A stretch of DNA of 64,000 bases, taken from the NCBI GenBank assembly GCA_028688055.1, contig JAQTYZ010000002.1:132256-196255 (forward strand). Direction: 5' to 3'. The notes under the pieces are model-generated. The model was not told where the DNA came from. It was given only the letters and a program-made list of their open reading frames with translations, and made no database searches. Source of the stretch: Patescibacteria group bacterium (lineage in GTDB: Bacteria > Patescibacteriota > Patescibacteriia > Buchananbacterales > UBA6539). Both the position numbers and the translations under genes were made by a program. Position 1 is the stretch's first letter, and every line of letters begins with the position of its first letter. Positions 21,199-32,935 of the stretch are shown one piece after another.

Positions 21199-21597
21199 AT
21201 GAAAGTAACACCCAAACAACTAGCGGCGGTCTTAGCCCAAGCGACAGCCGATGTTAAAGGATCGGAACTGGCTAGCATTTTGGAAAATTTTTTTCAATTG
21301 GTAAAACGTTCGTACTTAATGTCGCGGTTGCCGGAAATTATTTTGGAGTATAAAAAATATTATCTGGCCGCCCAAGGAATAATAGCGGTTAAGGTTCAAT
21401 CAAGTCGGCCGTTGACCAGCTCGGAACATAATCAGTTGGTCAAACAACTCAAAGCACTGACGGGAAAAAATATTGAATTAACCGATACGGTTGACTTGAG
21501 TCTGGGCGGGGGAATCAAGCTCCAGTATGAAGACACTTTGATTGACGGTACCATCAAACGCCGCGTGGAAAATTTAAAATCATTATTAAAAAGTTAA
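21199..21597 (+). CDS. atpH: ATP synthase subunit delta (short form)
   Basis: VDLSLGGGIK..IDGT. Confidence 0.92.
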   Translation: MKVTPKQLAAVLAQATADVKGSELASILENFFQLVKRSYLMSRLPEIILEYKKYYLAAQGIIAVKVQSSRPLTSSEHNQLVKQLKALTGKNIELTDTVDLSLGGGIKLQYEDTLIDGTIKRRVENLKSLLKS

Positions 21598-21620
21598 CGC
21601 TTTAGAAATATTAAAAAATT

Positions 21621-23135
21621 ATGTCAAACAATCGGATTATCGATGCCCTCACGCAACAGCTAAAACAATACAAGGCCGACCCAGCAGTCGAAAAGGTTGG
21701 TACCGTTTTAGAAATCGGTGACGGCATCGCCAAAATTAGCGGTTTGTCGTCAGCCATGGCCGGCGAAATGCTTGATTTTGGCAATGGTGTGATGGGCGTC
21801 GCTCTTAATTTAGAAGAAGATTTTGTCGGTGCTATTGTTTTGGGCGATTATCAAAAAATTATTCAGGGTACAACGGTCAAGACTACCGGCCGGATTTTGG
21901 AAGTGCCCGTCGGCGACGGGATGATCGGTCGCGTGGTTGATGCTTTAGGTCAGCCGCTCGACGGCCGCGGTGCGATTTCAACTAAAACTTTTTATCCGTT
22001 AGAAAAAATTGCCCCGCGCGTTATTACTAGACAAGGGGTGAGCGTGCCGTTGCAAACCGGTATTAAAGCGATTGACGGGATGATTCCGATTGGTCGCGGC
22101 CAGCGCGAATTAATTATTGGCGATCGGCAAACCGGTAAAACTTCCATTGCGATTGATACCATTATTAATCAAAAGGGTCAGGATGTTATTTGTATTTACG
22201 TGGCGATTGGTCAAAAAAGTTCCAAGGTGGCCCGAATCGTTTCGGAGTTGACCAATGGTGGGGCAATGGATTATACAACTGTTGTGTTGGCCTCGTCATC
22301 TGATCCGGCTTCTTTACTTTATTTGTCACCCTTTGCCGGCTGTGCCATTGGTGAATATTTTATGGATCAGGGCAAAGACGTTTTAGTTATTTATGATGAT
22401 TTATCCAAGCACGCGGTGGCTTATCGAGAAATCGCGTTGGTGTTGCGACGCCCGCCGGGACGCGAAGCTTATCCGGGTGATATTTTTTATCTTCACTCAA
22501 GATTATTAGAGCGGGCCGCGCGTTTAAGTAAAGATTATGGTGGCGGTTCCTTAACCGCGTTGCCAATCATTGAAACTCAAGCCGGTGATATTTCCGCCTA
22601 CATTCCGACTAACGTTATCTCAATTACTGACGGCCAAATCTTTTTGGAAACGGACTTATTTTATCAAGGCGTTCGGCCCGCGATTAACACCGGTTTGTCA
22701 GTGTCGCGCGTTGGATCGGCGGCCCAAATTAAGGCTATGAAAAAAGTGGCCGGCAAAATGAAATTGGATATGGCGCAATATCGAGAATTGGCTGCCTTCG
22801 CGCAGTTTGGTTCTGATTTGGATGAGGCGACGAGAAAACAGATTCATTTAGGCCAGCGTTTAACGGAAGTTTTAAAGCAGGGACAATTTCAACCCTTGCC
22901 CGTTGTTTTGCAAGTTACCATTTTATATGCGGCGACTAACGGCTATTTGGATGACGTGCCGGTTGAAAAAGTTCGCGAGTTTGAAGCAGGATTGTTGGGC
23001 TATGCGCAAGCTCACGGTCAAGCGATCTTGAAAAACATCGCCGAGAAAAAAGAAATTGTTGAAGCCACCGAACATCAATTGCGCGGTTTGATTGTAGAAT
23101 ACAAACAGAGCCTTGATTATCTAACTAAAGCTTAA
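21621..23135 (+). CDS. atpA: ATP synthase subunit alpha
   Basis: [17 protein letters not shown]. Confidence 0.98.
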   Translation: MSNNRIIDALTQQLKQYKADPAVEKVGTVLEIGDGIAKISGLSSAMAGEMLDFGNGVMGVALNLEEDFVGAIVLGDYQKIIQGTTVKTTGRILEVPVGDGMIGRVVDALGQPLDGRGAISTKTFYPLEKIAPRVITRQGVSVPLQTGIKAIDGMIPIGRGQRELIIGDRQTGKTSIAIDTIINQKGQDVICIYVAIGQKSSKVARIVSELTNGGAMDYTTVVLASSSDPASLLYLSPFAGCAIGEYFMDQGKDVLVIYDDLSKHAVAYREIALVLRRPPGREAYPGDIFYLHSRLLERAARLSKDYGGGSLTALPIIETQAGDISAYIPTNVISITDGQIFLETDLFYQGVRPAINTGLSVSRVGSAAQIKAMKKVAGKMKLDMAQYRELAAFAQFGSDLDEATRKQIHLGQRLTEVLKQGQFQPLPVVLQVTILYAATNGYLDDVPVEKVREFEAGLLGYAQAHGQAILKNIAEKKEIVEATEHQLRGLIVEYKQSLDYLTKA

Positions 23136-23141
23136 GCGCTT

Positions 23142-24068
23142 ATGGCGGTTTCAACTAAAATTATTAAAGGGCGGATTCGATCAATTGGTAATACCAAAAA
23201 AATTACCAAAGCGATGGAAATGGTTGACGGTGCTAAAATGCGCAAGGCGGTGGCCGCGGTTTTGGCTTCACGGGCTTATGCTGATTTAGCGTGGTCGATG
23301 ATTTTTAATTTAACCGCCGGAGTTAATGAAATTGCTAATCCGTTATTACAGCCGCGCGCTGAAGTAAAAAATATCTTATATGTTTTATTTTCTTCCAATC
23401 GCGGTTTGTGTGGTGGTTATAATAGCCGCGTCGTGGCTGAAGCCTTCCAGCAAAGTCAGCGATTCAACGGTTATGGGGCCACAGCGCATTGGCTAGCGGT
23501 TGGTAAAAAGGCGGCCGATGCGATCGTCCGTTCCGGCCGAACGCTTGAAGCGCAATTTGAAAAACCGGAACGAGTTGCCACCAGCGCTGATGTAATGGCA
23601 TTAAGCCATTTAATCATCAACGGTTTTTCCGACGGCACTTATGACAAGGTGATGATAATTTACACTGATTTTGTAACACCTTTAGTCCAACAAGCCAAGG
23701 TAAAGCAATTGTTGCCGCTTGAAAAAAATTCAGATGATACTTTGGGTGCGGCCGAGGAAGTATTTACCGATCAGCCGAAACCAATTCAAACGCGGGTAAA
23801 ATCAGCGGCGATCGAATATATGTTTGAACCAGACCCTGAGATTGTTTTAGATCAGTTGTTGCCGCGCTTTATTGAAGTTCAGCTTTATCAGGCGATGTTG
23901 GAATCAGCGGCATCGGAACATTCAGCCCGAATGATTGCGATGCGCAACGCCACTGATGCCGCGGCTGATATGATTGATTCATTAACCTTACTTTTTAATC
24001 AAGCCCGTCAAGCCAGTATTACCCGTGAGATTGCGGAAATTTCTGGTGGTAAGGCGGCCTTAGAATAA
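23142..24068 (+). CDS. atpG: ATP synthase subunit gamma
   Basis: KITKAM, RGLCGGYN, RQASITREIAEI. Confidence 0.98.
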   Translation: MAVSTKIIKGRIRSIGNTKKITKAMEMVDGAKMRKAVAAVLASRAYADLAWSMIFNLTAGVNEIANPLLQPRAEVKNILYVLFSSNRGLCGGYNSRVVAEAFQQSQRFNGYGATAHWLAVGKKAADAIVRSGRTLEAQFEKPERVATSADVMALSHLIINGFSDGTYDKVMIIYTDFVTPLVQQAKVKQLLPLEKNSDDTLGAAEEVFTDQPKPIQTRVKSAAIEYMFEPDPEIVLDQLLPRFIEVQLYQAMLESAASEHSARMIAMRNATDAAADMIDSLTLLFNQARQASITREIAEISGGKAALE

Positions 24069-25475
<1,407 letters not shown>

Positions 25476-25477
25476 TT

Positions 25478-25927
25478 ATGTCTAAAACCTCGTTCGAATT
25501 TAAAATTGTCACGCCGGAACGGGTGGTGATGTCTGAGGTGGTTAAACAAGTTACCATTTCCACCGTCGCCGGTGAAATCACCGTTTTACCACACCACTTG
25601 TCGTTGGTGTCGCTTTTGAAGCCAGGTGAAGTTCGCGCGGTGTTGCATGATTCGGAGGTGACAGTCAGTATGGCCGTGTCCGGCGGTTTTATTGAAGTTA
25701 CTCACGACCGAGTTTTGATTTTAGCCGACACGGCCGAACGAGCCGAAGAAATTGATGAGCAGCAAGCCGTCGCGGCTCATCAGCGCGCTCAACAATTAAT
25801 GACTGAATCAAAGAATCGTGACGACGTTGATTACACCGCTTTAGCCGGTAAGATTGAAAAAGAGTTGGCGCGACTTAAAGTCGCTCGTAAGCGCCGCCCG
25901 GGTATTCAACCCCATATTGAATCTTAA
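25478..25927 (+). CDS. atpC: ATP synthase subunit epsilon
   Basis: IVTPER, VSGGF, LADTAERAEEID. Confidence 0.96.
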   Translation: MSKTSFEFKIVTPERVVMSEVVKQVTISTVAGEITVLPHHLSLVSLLKPGEVRAVLHDSEVTVSMAVSGGFIEVTHDRVLILADTAERAEEIDEQQAVAAHQRAQQLMTESKNRDDVDYTALAGKIEKELARLKVARKRRPGIQPHIES

Positions 25928-25939
25928 AAAATATCGTTT

Positions 25940-26359
25940 ATGTCTAAACATTCTTGTGCCGCGATGGTCATTCGTTGTATTGATTTTCGCATCGCCCCTA
26001 AAAATTTATCAGAATTGCTTTCCGAAGCTGGGATGTGCCATGACGGTGATTATGATTTAGTTTCGGTCGCCGGATCTGGCAAGGATTTATTATCAGAAAA
26101 TACAACCGAGCGTGATTTTATCTTAAAGCAGATAAATATTTCAAAAAAACTTCATGACATTAAAACTATTTATATTTTAATGCATGACAACTGCGGCGCC
26201 TATGCCATTCCAGATGCGGTGGAAGAACATAATATTCAAGTTAAGGATCTAAAGCAAGTTGAGCAATATCTTAATTCGGTGCTGACTGATGTTGAAATCA
26301 AAGGATTTATCGTTAAGGGTGTTCCGACTGGTATATTGTCATTGGAGTCAGTTTATTAG
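25940..26359 (+). CDS. Minimal beta-carbonic-anhydrase-like protein
   Basis: CIDFR and HDNCGAY Zn-ligand motifs. Confidence 0.8.
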   Translation: MSKHSCAAMVIRCIDFRIAPKNLSELLSEAGMCHDGDYDLVSVAGSGKDLLSENTTERDFILKQINISKKLHDIKTIYILMHDNCGAYAIPDAVEEHNIQVKDLKQVEQYLNSVLTDVEIKGFIVKGVPTGILSLESVY

Positions 26360-26515
26360 TTTTTAAAAGTCATTTAAGGCGGTGGTTTTGCCACCGCTTT
26401 TTTTATTTAACTCTTGACAAAATACCATAATATGTTATGGTAATCCCTTCGTTTGTTCCAGGTGAACAAATGATTTAGTTACTAATTGGGTCAAGGCAAC
26501 AGGAGGATTTGACCA

Positions 26516-27544
26516 TTGATCTATACAGTAAGCACCAATCAGCTGTTGGCGATGGCGGCCAGACATTCGGAGCAGTTCCTAAGGGAACAGCTGAATCGAC
26601 AAGATTTTCTCAGAAAACATCCGGTTCAAATTGCGGGTATCTCCTGCATGGACGGCCGGACAAAACTGAGTGCAATCTTTGGGCTCCGCTTCGGCTTTAT
26701 CCGACGGCAATGGCGAACTTTAGCCGGTGTGGTTGATTTGGGCGCCCCTCGTTTTAGGGCTTCCGTCGACAATTGGCGAAGTTACGCCAAGCAAAACGAT
26801 CAGGATAGCTTAGTGTTTGTCAGCTATCACTACTCGGGCAGAAATGACGCCCAACTCGGTTGTCGTGGTCATCACCACAACAAAGACCGAGCGCTGGCCG
26901 CGGCCCTGAAGATTTACGAACAATTCGTTCGTGTCTATGGTGAAACGATGCCATGCCCGGTGGTCATTGGCATTGATACTGACTTTGAGACAGTTTATGT
27001 CCACGATCAGAAGGGTTCTATTATCGACGCGAGCAGTTTCGTCAATCAGCCGGAGGCAGATATTGTGGAATGTCTTGCCGGCGGTTTCCCGAGTATGCCG
27101 AAGACAGTGCTAGAGGTTTTAGCCTTGGCGGTCAAAGGTAACGCTGTTCATACGTCCGGCCTTAAAGCGGCCAAACGTCCGATTGAAGAGGCTCAGCACC
27201 ACGAGTATGCCCTCGTCGTTGGCGAGGGGATGTGGACTGAGCCGAACTCAGCAATTGTTGTTGGTCCTTACACTCTGGATTTTGGCGAATCGATCGGTGT
27301 CGCCGCTGGATTGCTGTCGGACAATTTCGACAAGGGTCGGGCCAATGGCAATGATCCGGTCCTGTTGTCTTGTGCGGTTTTCCGCGATTCGGAAATCGCT
27401 CGTCGCGGTGCGATTGAAGAAGCTCGATGTTTTCTGGATTATTCGCAGCAGGTCATTGCCAAGCAAGTCCCTGACTTCGCCAAGCGTCTGATCTATCATG
27501 CGAGTGTTCTCGATTTGAATAATCGCCTCGTCGAGCTAGTCTAG
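26516..27544 (+). CDS. CsoSCA-like (carboxysome-type) beta carbonic anhydrase homolog
   Basis: SCMDGR; YHYS..GCRGH; IGIDTD; AGGAGG RBS. Confidence 0.65.
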   Translation: MIYTVSTNQLLAMAARHSEQFLREQLNRQDFLRKHPVQIAGISCMDGRTKLSAIFGLRFGFIRRQWRTLAGVVDLGAPRFRASVDNWRSYAKQNDQDSLVFVSYHYSGRNDAQLGCRGHHHNKDRALAAALKIYEQFVRVYGETMPCPVVIGIDTDFETVYVHDQKGSIIDASSFVNQPEADIVECLAGGFPSMPKTVLEVLALAVKGNAVHTSGLKAAKRPIEEAQHHEYALVVGEGMWTEPNSAIVVGPYTLDFGESIGVAAGLLSDNFDKGRANGNDPVLLSCAVFRDSEIARRGAIEEARCFLDYSQQVIAKQVPDFAKRLIYHASVLDLNNRLVELV

Positions 27545-27793
27545 TATCGTTCTTTGTCATCTTGCTCTCACACGGTCCCAAAAAGTTTTTGGGCCGTTTT
27601 TTTATTTGGCTTTTGTCAAAAATATTTTTGTTCATCTATAATTTGAGAATATTTTTTTGTTTGGAACGTGTTTTAGTGACGGCCATCGGATATTAAGTTT
27701 CACGCTTGACTCATTGGTAAATTAGTACTAAATTTTAACGAGCATTTTGACAAATCGTAGCTTGGCTACTAACGGTTTTAGGAGGGAGAACCA

Positions 27794-28411
27794 ATGGGTA
27801 GTTACGGTGATAGGCTTACCGAAATGCAGGCTCTTGTTAACTGTGGTTTTGCCAGAGACGCTGAACATGCCGCAAGAATTTTGGACGATCTTGAGGCAAA
27901 CAAGAAACATGCCGATTTGTTGATTTTATACAATCAGCCTGGTCCGGTACGCCACTGTTTTGGCAGTCATTTGGTTGGTGAGAATCCATATCGCTGTACC
28001 AATGTTTTGTCCGCTCGGGTGCCCTCGGGCGCTTTGAGCCAAGCCATCAAAGCCTCACCGGCGATGGCCTTTGGCGCTTTGCGGGAATTTACTTCCCGCG
28101 TCGCCGATGATGAAAGATTCATCGACGAAGATGCCAGATTGGGGGCGTTTGTCTGGAATTTCCCGAAGCCTAATGAATGTCTTTTCTGTAGTCCTTTCTC
28201 GGCTGATTGTGTTCATGACCGAGGTAGTATGACTATTGATGAACGAGAAGGATACTTGCGCCTCGAGTTTCAGTCAGTCGCGGGAGATGATGTCTTGGGC
28301 ATATTTCATGCCTGGGGTCAGCAGTCATACGGCGATGTGCCCTTGGTTCTATACCTGTCTTGGAATCGGGTTTTGTATCCTGGATCAGCGCAAGCTGTAC
28401 CTGACATTTAA
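27794..28411 (+). CDS. Hypothetical protein
   Basis: AGGAGG RBS; operon with the next gene. Confidence 0.7.
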   Translation: MGSYGDRLTEMQALVNCGFARDAEHAARILDDLEANKKHADLLILYNQPGPVRHCFGSHLVGENPYRCTNVLSARVPSGALSQAIKASPAMAFGALREFTSRVADDERFIDEDARLGAFVWNFPKPNECLFCSPFSADCVHDRGSMTIDEREGYLRLEFQSVAGDDVLGIFHAWGQQSYGDVPLVLYLSWNRVLYPGSAQAVPDI

Positions 28412-28420
28412 GGAGAAAGC

Positions 28421-29119
28421 ATGATGAAACCAGCTACGATTGTTATTGCCGGACACGGCAAAATGGCCCGAGCCCTAACGGCTCTTTGTCAAAGTCAAAC
28501 AGGCCCAACTCGGTTGTTTTTCGACTTTACCGAAGACATGGCCTGTCTTGATTACGATGGCATGGTCGCTGTTCATTTTGGCAGCGGCAAACAGTTGCCG
28601 GCTTTGCTGGACTGGTGCCAGCGTCATAATGTGCCACTGATCCAGGGGTCGACCAAGCTAACGCTGCCCGCTGAAGTTACGGTGCCGGTAGTGGATGCAC
28701 CCAACCTTTCGTTGCCCATTATCAAGCTGTTTGGCATTTTGCCCGTTTTACAGCATGCGTTTGGTGATATGAGCGTGAGAGTTATCGAATCTCATCAAGC
28801 GGATAAGCCAGGTGTATCGGGTACGGCCATCGTGATGGCAAAGGCTTTTGGCGTCACCGAAAGCGAGATTGATCCAATTCGCCAACCGGCCATTCAGACT
28901 CTATTGGGCGTTCCTTCGGAACACCTCAAGGCTCACGGCTATCATTGGATCGAGTTTAATGGCGCTGGTGTGAGTATTACCGTCAGTACCAAGGTTAATG
29001 GTCGTCAAGCGTATGCGGAGGGAGCGCTGGTGATCGCCGATGCCTTGATCCAACACCGTCATCAGTTGGAGGCACGAGTCTACAGGGTTACCGATATCTT
29101 GGGATTGATGTCGCTCTAA
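28421..29119 (+). CDS. dapB: 4-hydroxy-tetrahydrodipicolinate reductase-like protein
   Basis: GHGKMA, GST, APNLS, ESHQADK..SGTA. Confidence 0.7.
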   Translation: MMKPATIVIAGHGKMARALTALCQSQTGPTRLFFDFTEDMACLDYDGMVAVHFGSGKQLPALLDWCQRHNVPLIQGSTKLTLPAEVTVPVVDAPNLSLPIIKLFGILPVLQHAFGDMSVRVIESHQADKPGVSGTAIVMAKAFGVTESEIDPIRQPAIQTLLGVPSEHLKAHGYHWIEFNGAGVSITVSTKVNGRQAYAEGALVIADALIQHRHQLEARVYRVTDILGLMSL

Positions 29120-29240
29120 AGCGACTTGTCATCAAGACAATTTCATATGCTCACCGCTGGCAATACTGGCTGGTGAGTTTTTTTAATTAAAAATACCTCT
29201 CAAAAAGGGCGATGTTTTTATCGGGATGAAGAATCTAGGA

Positions 29241-29414
29241 TTATTCAGTGCTCTTGTCTTTTTTATCTTTTAGTTTTTTTATGCTGTTTTTTGATAGCGC
29301 TGCCCATACCAGAACGCCGATCGCAGTCTCAACCGATTCTTTTTCTTCGGCGTCTAGGGAGTGCTTTTTAAGCAGGCTTATTAAAATGGTAGCGGCTTTT
29401 TTATAATCCATCAT
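29241..29414 (-). CDS. Small hypothetical protein (57 aa, MMDYKKAATIL...)
   Basis: Read manually; below the ORF-track size cutoff; clean ATG to TAA frame. Confidence 0.6.
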   Translation of the reverse strand: MMDYKKAATILISLLKKHSLDAEEKESVETAIGVLVWAALSKNSIKKLKDKKDKSTE

Positions 29415-29426
29415 AGTTTAACCATA

Positions 29427-29454
29427 CCAAAAAATCGCCGGTCAGGCGATTTTT
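29427..29454 (-). terminator. Terminator similar to the one after tRNA-Val
   Basis: CCAAAAAATCGCCG..GGCGATTTT also occurs at ~1648-1675. Confidence 0.7.
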
Positions 29455-29534
29455 AGATAGGGGTCGGGGGAGGAGGCACATTAGCACTGAGCTTCATTAT
29501 CACTGAAAAAAGTATTTTGATTTTCAATCCTCGC

Positions 29535-30965
29535 CTAATCTTTTGGTTCAACATGAATCACCACTCTTTTTATTTCCGGCATCTTATTTTTTATCAGATA
29601 TTCAAACCGGCTAACTGCATTATGCACTTCCTCAATGGAAAGTTCTGCCGGCGCCAAGCAATGCAGGGAGATGAAAAACCGTTCGCCAATTTTTCTCACT
29701 AGCACATTGTGCAGATTGCTGATAATTTTTATTTGTTGATCGGTTTCAGTTATTAATGTCATCACTTTCGCCATCTCTTCGGCGGTGACATTTGAACTCA
29801 AAATGGCTTCTTTTTTTTGAGGTTCGATATGTGAATTTATTTCCACATCACTCCCAAATTCTTCTTTAATTGCCTTTTCCAGCTCGGTGGCAATTTCATG
29901 GGATTTTCTAAGGGTCAGGAAATCTTCCAACTCTAAGTCGAAACTGATATATTTTTTTTCGTCCAAATTATCAACAACGATATTGTGAAGCGTTAGGTTA
30001 CTTTTACCAGCCAAAGCCTGGATGGATTCCACAATCGTTTCATTATCCAGCTGAACTGAGCTGGTCCTGATTCCGATGTCTGCTTCGGGGACTTTTTCAA
30101 TTATCCTTTCCTTAATGCTTGTTTTTATTTCCTCCACTTTTGGCAAAGATAAAGTCCGGCTGATCTGAATAGCTACGTCAACAAAAACGTTTGGCCCAAG
30201 CGGTCTGACTCTAATATTTTCCACTGCTACCACTCCCTTGGTCGTTTTAACAATTGCTGCAACCACTTCGGTTATTCCTTGGGGAGCGGTATCGACCAAA
30301 ACATCAATGGTCCTTTTGCCCAAGCGCCAGCCGGCAACCGCTACGAAAATAGAAACACCAATCGCCGCTAAAGCATCTGCTCCCTGAACGCCAAACAAAA
30401 CTAAGATCAAACCAACCAGTACCACCGTCGAACTCCAGATATCGGAACTAAAATGTAAAGCGTCAGCTTCAAGCGCCTGGCTTTTAGTTTCTTGAGCAAC
30501 TTTAGTCAAAGCCCGGGAACGAGAAATATCAACCAGTATGGAAAAGATCACAACCGCAAAAGCGTACCAAGTAGCCTCCACTTCAATATTTTTGGTCATT
30601 AAACGGTGTGAAGCTTCATAGATTATCCAGCCGCTGGTAAGAAAAAGCAGGCCGGTCTCAATGAGGGCAGAAACGCTTTCAATTTTGCCGTGGCCATAAT
30701 GATGTTTTTCATCAGCCGGCTGGCCGCCAAAGCGGACGGCATAAAAAGTTAGTCCAGCTGCCCCTAAATCAAGCAAGGAATGGGCGGCTTCCGACATAAT
30801 ACCGATGCTACCGGTTAAAATGCCAACAACAAATTTAGTCCCAGTCAAAGCGGTGCCAGCCAGGATGGAACTCAAAGCGACCGCTTCCTTTTTATGATTT
30901 TGGTTGTGATTTTTTTTGGTTTCAGCAGTCGATTGTCCAGCTGTCATAGGGTTATTTTTGTTCAT
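29535..30965 (-). CDS. Cation diffusion facilitator (FieF-like) with repeated C-terminal domains
   Basis: HSLLD, HHYGHGKIE, HFSSD, repeated HIEP/HVEP. Confidence 0.93.
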   Translation of the reverse strand: MNKNNPMTAGQSTAETKKNHNQNHKKEAVALSSILAGTALTGTKFVVGILTGSIGIMSEAAHSLLDLGAAGLTFYAVRFGGQPADEKHHYGHGKIESVSALIETGLLFLTSGWIIYEASHRLMTKNIEVEATWYAFAVVIFSILVDISRSRALTKVAQETKSQALEADALHFSSDIWSSTVVLVGLILVLFGVQGADALAAIGVSIFVAVAGWRLGKRTIDVLVDTAPQGITEVVAAIVKTTKGVVAVENIRVRPLGPNVFVDVAIQISRTLSLPKVEEIKTSIKERIIEKVPEADIGIRTSSVQLDNETIVESIQALAGKSNLTLHNIVVDNLDEKKYISFDLELEDFLTLRKSHEIATELEKAIKEEFGSDVEINSHIEPQKKEAILSSNVTAEEMAKVMTLITETDQQIKIISNLHNVLVRKIGERFFISLHCLAPAELSIEEVHNAVSRFEYLIKNKMPEIKRVVIHVEPKD

Positions 30966-31114
30966 ATTAATATCCGGGAATATCTATAATTTTGGTACTT
31001 ATCTTTTTCCTCTGGTTTTGCTTTGATTAAAAATAGCTCTCCGCCTTGAAGATTATTATGTTTAGCATAAGTGATAGTGGTGATTTTGTTAAGGGGGTCA
31101 AATAAAATAATATC

Positions 31115-31189
31115 TATAACAAAAAACACCTCCCCGAAATAGGGGAGATGTCTTCTCCTGAAACTACGACCTTAATCGCAGGTTCAGGT
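31115..31189 (-). repeat. 75-bp hairpin+terminator repeat, copy C
   Basis: Identical to 32861-32935. Confidence 0.95.
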
Positions 31190-31445
31190 CGAGATGGGGA
31201 CGATGCTAGAATTAGATTATATAATGTCATTGAAGGATTAAAATTAATTTTTAGTGGTTTAAATAATTTTCATATTCCAAATTTTTTAGATAATGTAACA
31301 CCATGAAAGTCATTTTTAACGTCTATTGTTGACAATAATAAATTTTTATGTTAGTGTCGAACGTTAACTGATTGGCAGTTAACTCTCACATACGCGTGGG
31401 AATATCCAGCAGCTCGGATGAGCTCAAAGAACGGAGGTTCAGGAT

Positions 31446-31868
31446 ATGACTCTTCAAGGGATGAGGCGAATGTTGCGGGATTTTCCCTGGCTATGGGCTT
31501 TGGGAAGCTACTGGGACTGCAAAAAAGTGGAGATGACTGTTTTCTCTCACTGGGAGGATGTTCATCTACTGTTTCACAAAGCAGTCTTTGAGCTAACCAG
31601 GGGCGTTAAGGTGTTCATTCAGGTTACAACTTCTGACAGCGTTGAACGGTTAATCCCTGTAAAGGACGATGAACCGCCCCGCTGGCCTGAGTGTGAAGCC
31701 AGAAACTATCAGCGTGCAATACTAGACGCAGCACCTCAAGATTCCCAAATCAACTACTTGGTTATCGTTCGCACCTCACGTTATAAGGGGATTAGGAATT
31801 TCGAAATTTGGAGGCCGCCGTCTGGCTACCATTGTTTTCGAAAGTATGCCGAGAAAAATCCTTACTGA
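31446..31868 (+). CDS. Hypothetical protein (cassette cargo)
   Basis: GGAGG RBS; TTGACA at ~31329; hairpin after stop. Confidence 0.7.
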   Translation: MTLQGMRRMLRDFPWLWALGSYWDCKKVEMTVFSHWEDVHLLFHKAVFELTRGVKVFIQVTTSDSVERLIPVKDDEPPRWPECEARNYQRAILDAAPQDSQINYLVIVRTSRYKGIRNFEIWRPPSGYHCFRKYAEKNPY

Positions 31869-31911
31869 CCAACCGAGGTTTAGCCCACCTCCAAAAAACG
31901 GGCTTCTTTTT

Positions 31912-31986
31912 TATACAAAAAACACCCCCGACGAAATATCGGGGATGTCTTCTCCTGGAGCTATGATTTACGTCACAGGTCCAGGT
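31912..31986 (-). repeat. Diverged repeat copy B with compensatory stem changes
   Basis: Shares AAAAAACACC..GATGTCTTCTCCTG..CAGGT framework with copies A and C. Confidence 0.88.
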
Positions 31987-32009
31987 CAAGGAGGGGACGA
32001 CGTTAGAAC

Positions 32010-32849
32010 CTATTTATTTAAAGCTAGTAAAGAATTAAAAGTCTTTTTTACTTCTACTAATTCTGTTGCGACTGGAGAAAGATAAACTTCCATTATATTC
32101 CCATTAAAATTATTTATAACCTTTAAAAATTTTGAATAAAACTCCTTAAGTTCATAAGCTTTCCAGTTCAATACTAAAACGCCATTTTTTTTATTTTGCG
32201 TGGCATGTTGAATTTCTAATCCGATTTTTTTAACCCAATCCGTAGTAGTTCCCGCTGAGCCTAGAATTAGACCATTAACATTGTCTGAGCACATAATTTC
32301 CTTACTCCTTTCAGGAGATGAACTACCGCCATATATTATTCTTAATTTTTTTTCTGTATCATTACCATATTTCGTTTTTATCAAAGTCCTCAGGAATAGG
32401 CACATACTGTTTATTTGAGGAGCTTGTGGGGGAGCAACATTATTTTTTCCGCTACCGCGTGTGCCCCAACCCGGTTCGTATCCAAAGACTGTTTTTTTAG
32501 CAGTTTCTTTGTTTATGTTGTGTAGTACACATAAAAATTTATTTTTTAATTTGTTTTTCATTTTGTTTATTTCATTTGTGCTACTTTTACCCCAACCCTT
32601 TTTTAAGTCATCCCAATCTTCTCCAATTAAGACAACATTATCGGATAAACCGTATTTTAAAGCAGCTTGCCATTTTTCATTAACTATTTTTGGATCGTCT
32701 TTAAATTCAGAGTGACCAAGAATTATGCCGGTAGCCCCAGCTTTTTTTAAATGATAAAATCCTATATCTCCGGTTCTGGCAAATTGGTGCTTACCATCGC
32801 CTAAATATATATTTACGTTTTGAGCTATTAAAAATACATTTTGTTTCAT
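32010..32849 (-). CDS. Triosephosphate isomerase homolog, circularly permuted
   Basis: AQN, GHSE, YEP.W, YGGS motifs; NWK motif located near the C-terminus. Confidence 0.85.
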   Translation of the reverse strand: MKQNVFLIAQNVNIYLGDGKHQFARTGDIGFYHLKKAGATGIILGHSEFKDDPKIVNEKWQAALKYGLSDNVVLIGEDWDDLKKGWGKSSTNEINKMKNKLKNKFLCVLHNINKETAKKTVFGYEPGWGTRGSGKNNVAPPQAPQINSMCLFLRTLIKTKYGNDTEKKLRIIYGGSSSPERSKEIMCSDNVNGLILGSAGTTTDWVKKIGLEIQHATQNKKNGVLVLNWKAYELKEFYSKFLKVINNFNGNIMEVYLSPVATELVEVKKTFNSLLALNK

Positions 32850-32860
32850 ACTGTATTTAT

Positions 32861-32935
32861 TATAACAAAAAACACCTCCCCGAAATAGGGGAGATGTCTT
32901 CTCCTGAAACTACGACCTTAATCGCAGGTTCAGGT
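32861..32935 (-). repeat. 75-bp hairpin+terminator repeat, copy A, abutting the tRNA-His 3' end
   Basis: Identical to 31115-31189. Confidence 0.95.

Noticed and set aside
31115-32935. CRISPR array interpretation of the repeats
   Set aside because: Repeats are 75 bp and separated by gene-containing segments of 700 bp or more; no cas genes are present.
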